Shown here piece by piece: positions 63,059 through 64,000 of a stretch of 64,000 nucleotides of DNA. The DNA comes from an uncultured Faecalibacterium sp. (lineage in GTDB: Bacteria; Bacillota; Clostridia; Oscillospirales; Acutalibacteraceae): assembly GCA_964397395.1 (NCBI GenBank), contig CAYNIN010000001.1, positions 1,353 through 65,352 of the forward strand, written 5' to 3'. Within the stretch, counting starts at the first letter, position 1. Every line of letters begins with the position of its first letter. Below the pieces are notes generated by a model that did no database searches, was not told the origin of the DNA, and saw nothing but the letters and a program-made list of their open reading frames with translations. A program made the position numbers and the translations under genes.

Positions 63059-64000
63059 TCAGTGCTCTTTGTGAAAATATGCGTATATTTTTTCACCGTC
63101 GGTTTTGCTGATACCCTTAACGGAAGAAAGGGTATCGGCATCGGCGTTTTTAATTGCGGTAAGAGTTCTGAAATGTTCCAGAAGCAGCAGTGCTTTCTTT
63201 TCACCGATACCGTCAATTTTTGTAAGAGTCATGGAAAGAGCCGATTTTCCGTGCTTTTGTTTGTGGTAGGTTATTGCATAGCGGTGCACTTCCTCCTGAA
63301 TTGCAGAAACGAGAGTAAAAACACGTCTGCCCGAATTTATGGCAATTTCCTGACCGCCCGAAGTTATGGCTCGGGTGCGGTGCTTCGAGTCCTTGACCAT
63401 ACCGAAAACGGCTATATCAAGACCGAAAGCCTCGACAACGGGTTTAACGGCATTGACCTGCCCCTGACCGCCGTCAAGCAAAATCAGATCGGGGAGTCTG
63501 CCGAAGCCCTCGTCACTCTTTTCACTTTCGGTGTATCGGTTAAGTCGGCGGCTGATAACTTCTCTCATTGAGCCGTAATCGTCCTGACCCGAAAAGCCTT
63601 TTATGGCAAATCGGCGGTATGCACTTCTCAAAGGTTGTCCGTTTCTGAAAACTACCATACCTGCCACATTGTCACTGCCTGCGGTATGGGATATATCGTA
63701 AGACTCGATGTATTCGGGCGTTTTTTTAAGACCGAGCACCTTGGCAAGTTCATCAAGCACCGCCGTTTCGCCTGCCTGTCTGCCCAGATATTCGTCAAGT
63801 TTCTGTGCCGCATTGTTAAGACACATCTCCGTCACCCTTACTTTTTCTCCCCTTTGAGGATTTAAAAGGGTAACCTTTCTGCCTTTCTTCTCTGTGAGCC
63901 ACTGAGCCACAAGTTCGCTGTCCGTAACCTCACCGTCGGTGACTATAAGGGACGGCACGGCTCTGTCGAGGGAATAGTAGGAGGTTATAAGTTCCTGGCG
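63059..64000 (-). CDS. uvrC: Excinuclease ABC subunit C, C-terminal part (5' end outside the window)
   Basis: The frame is open to base 64000. It has the UvrC endonuclease-V-like region (PDLILLDGGQGQV) and the C-terminal (HhH)2 (IDGIGEKKALLLLEHF). Confidence 0.88.
   Translation of the reverse strand, partial: RQELITSYYSLDRAVPSLIVTDGEVTDSELVAQWLTEKKGRKVTLLNPQRGEKVRVTEMCLNNAAQKLDEYLGRQAGETAVLDELAKVLGLKKTPEYIESYDISHTAGSDNVAGMVVFRNGQPLRSAYRRFAIKGFSGQDDYGSMREVISRRLNRYTESEKSDEGFGRLPDLILLDGGQGQVNAVKPVVEAFGLDIAVFGMVKDSKHRTRAITSGGQEIAINSGRRVFTLVSAIQEEVHRYAITYHKQKHGKSALSMTLTKIDGIGEKKALLLLEHFRTLTAIKNADADTLSSVKGISKTDGEKIYAYFHKEH

Noticed and set aside
1-64000. A search for rRNA, tRNA, CRISPR arrays, transposases, integrases, or defence systems such as restriction-modification or toxin-antitoxin pairs.
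   Set aside because: No cloverleaf-like GC-rich intergenic segments, no regularly spaced direct repeats and no recombinase-like ORFs were seen. All spacers longer than 150 nt are AT-rich promoter/terminator regions.

Overview
This is a 64 kb chromosomal segment from a low-GC Gram-positive anaerobe. It is Clostridia-like, and a Ruminococcus/Oscillospiraceae-type origin is only my guess, based on Thr-rich secreted proteins, Fn3 surface proteins and GH29/GH28 genes. Most of the window is housekeeping genes on the minus strand. These include valS, asnS and galK, and a division/cell-wall (dcw) cluster in the order mraZ-rsmH-ftsL-PBP-murE-mraY-ftsW-murG-murA-ftsQ-ftsZ. They also include polA, an ArsR/CDF metal-efflux pair, dusB, a pair of fused ABC exporters and polC. 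Further on is the conserved block ispG-rseP-dxr-cdsA-uppS-frr-pyrH, then pcrA, and a uvrC fragment at the right edge. I found no rRNA, tRNA, CRISPR array or obvious mobile element.

The standout region is 58.3-63.0 kb, between the ybaK-like gene and uvrC. It holds eleven tandem small ORFs of 34-53 codons, all too short for the supplied ORF track. Each has a perfect GGAGG ribosome-binding site. They are organised in eight transcription units with near-consensus promoters and minus-strand-specific terminators. They encode a paralogous family of Cys-free, signal-peptide-less, strongly acidic amphipathic peptides. On the same strand, upstream of the array, lie two Sec-dependent proteins ending in related amphipathic modules and a small XRE regulator. 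Related modules are embedded in two other surface proteins elsewhere in the window.

Other notable observations:
- polC lacks the proofreading exonuclease insertion.
- A ~55-nt structured intergenic element occurs twice, with compensatory base changes between the copies.
- Two secreted proteins share a C-terminal domain of unknown function.
- The PBP carries KTA in place of the KTG motif.
- The dcw cluster lacks murD, murF and ftsA.

The ORF track labels GTG/TTG starts as M. I re-picked several starts by RBS spacing.
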